Part shown: positions 63,593 through 64,000 of the stretch, one piece after another
Numbering within the stretch: the stretch's first letter is position 1
Layout: each line of letters begins with the position of its first letter
The notes under the pieces: generated by a model
Database searches by the model: none
Told to the model about the DNA's origin: nothing
The model's input: only the letters and a program-made list of their open reading frames with translations
DNA from: Candidatus Spongiisociaceae bacterium
GTDB taxonomy: Bacteria; Actinomycetota; Acidimicrobiia; Spongiisociales; Spongiisociaceae
DNA: 64,000 nt
Reading direction: 5' to 3'
Assembly (NCBI GenBank): GCA_965219685.1
Contig: CBDCOH010000002.1
Location: 352,001 to 416,000 of the forward strand
Translations under genes and position numbers: made by a program

Positions 63593-64000
63593 TCAGGCCC
63601 TCAGCCTTCTGTTGTTCGGGTCCCAGACCGCTTCGGCCAGCACGGTGGCGGTCCGGCGCCGGTTCATCACGTCTATCCCGAAGTTCGATCCGGGCGCCTC
63701 GAACTCGGGGTCCACGTAGGCGAACAGGATGCTCCGGCCCACCGAATGGGCCCACGTGCCGCTGGTCGTGATGCCCATGATCCGGTCACCGTCGTAGGTT
63801 GGCTCGTTCCCCAGGCAGTCGGCGTCACCCTCGTCCAACTCGGCGTAGACCAGTACCATGCTGAGCGGCTCCGGCTGATCCCTGCGGGCCAATGTCGCCC
63901 GCTTGCCCTGGAAGTCCTTGCCGTAGTCCACGAACCGACCCAGGCGGGCCTCGACCGGGGTGATCTCGGTGGTGAGTTCGGAGCCGAACGCCTTGTAGGC
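63593..64000 (-). CDS. GcvT-family (dimethylglycine/sarcosine dehydrogenase-like) C-terminus, truncated by window edge
   Basis: ELTTEITPVEARL, KDFQGK, GITTSG.WAHSVG, WDPNNRRLRA. Confidence 0.85.
   Translation of the reverse strand, partial: AYKAFGSELTTEITPVEARLGRFVDYGKDFQGKRATLARRDQPEPLSMVLVYAELDEGDADCLGNEPTYDGDRIMGITTSGTWAHSVGRSILFAYVDPEFEAPGSNFGIDVMNRRRTATVLAEAVWDPNNRRLRA

Overview
High-GC actinobacterial chromosome segment, most likely class Acidimicrobiia (inferred from the 16S/23S features and gene order). Bases 1-38240 are core housekeeping genes: pyrD-pyrF-mihF-gmk-rpoZ-coaBC-metK-priA-def-fmt-rsmB-rpe-ribD/ribA fusion, infC-rpmI-rplT-pheST-argF-mpg-tyrS, a tRNA-less rrn operon, rny-miaB-miaA-dapF, lexA with a divergent LysM gene, dut and four tRNAs. 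Bases 38.3-64 kb hold a Mo-hydroxylase operon and a choline/carnitine/gamma-butyrobetaine catabolic cluster. That cluster is interrupted (~53.9-61.9 kb) by an accessory block: a DUF433/PIN pair with a LexA box, AAA-DUF4143 and integrase remnants, and a mobile-mystery XRE/Fic pair. The most striking unexplained structure is a family of intergenic cassettes built from drifting 7-bp tandem arrays, G-rich on the left and C-rich on the right. One cassette has ~30-bp TG...CA terminal inverted repeats, two carry paralogous small coiled-coil/TM genes with their own promoters, and two share a ~75-bp conserved non-coding core. All calls come from reading the sequence by eye; no database searches were run.
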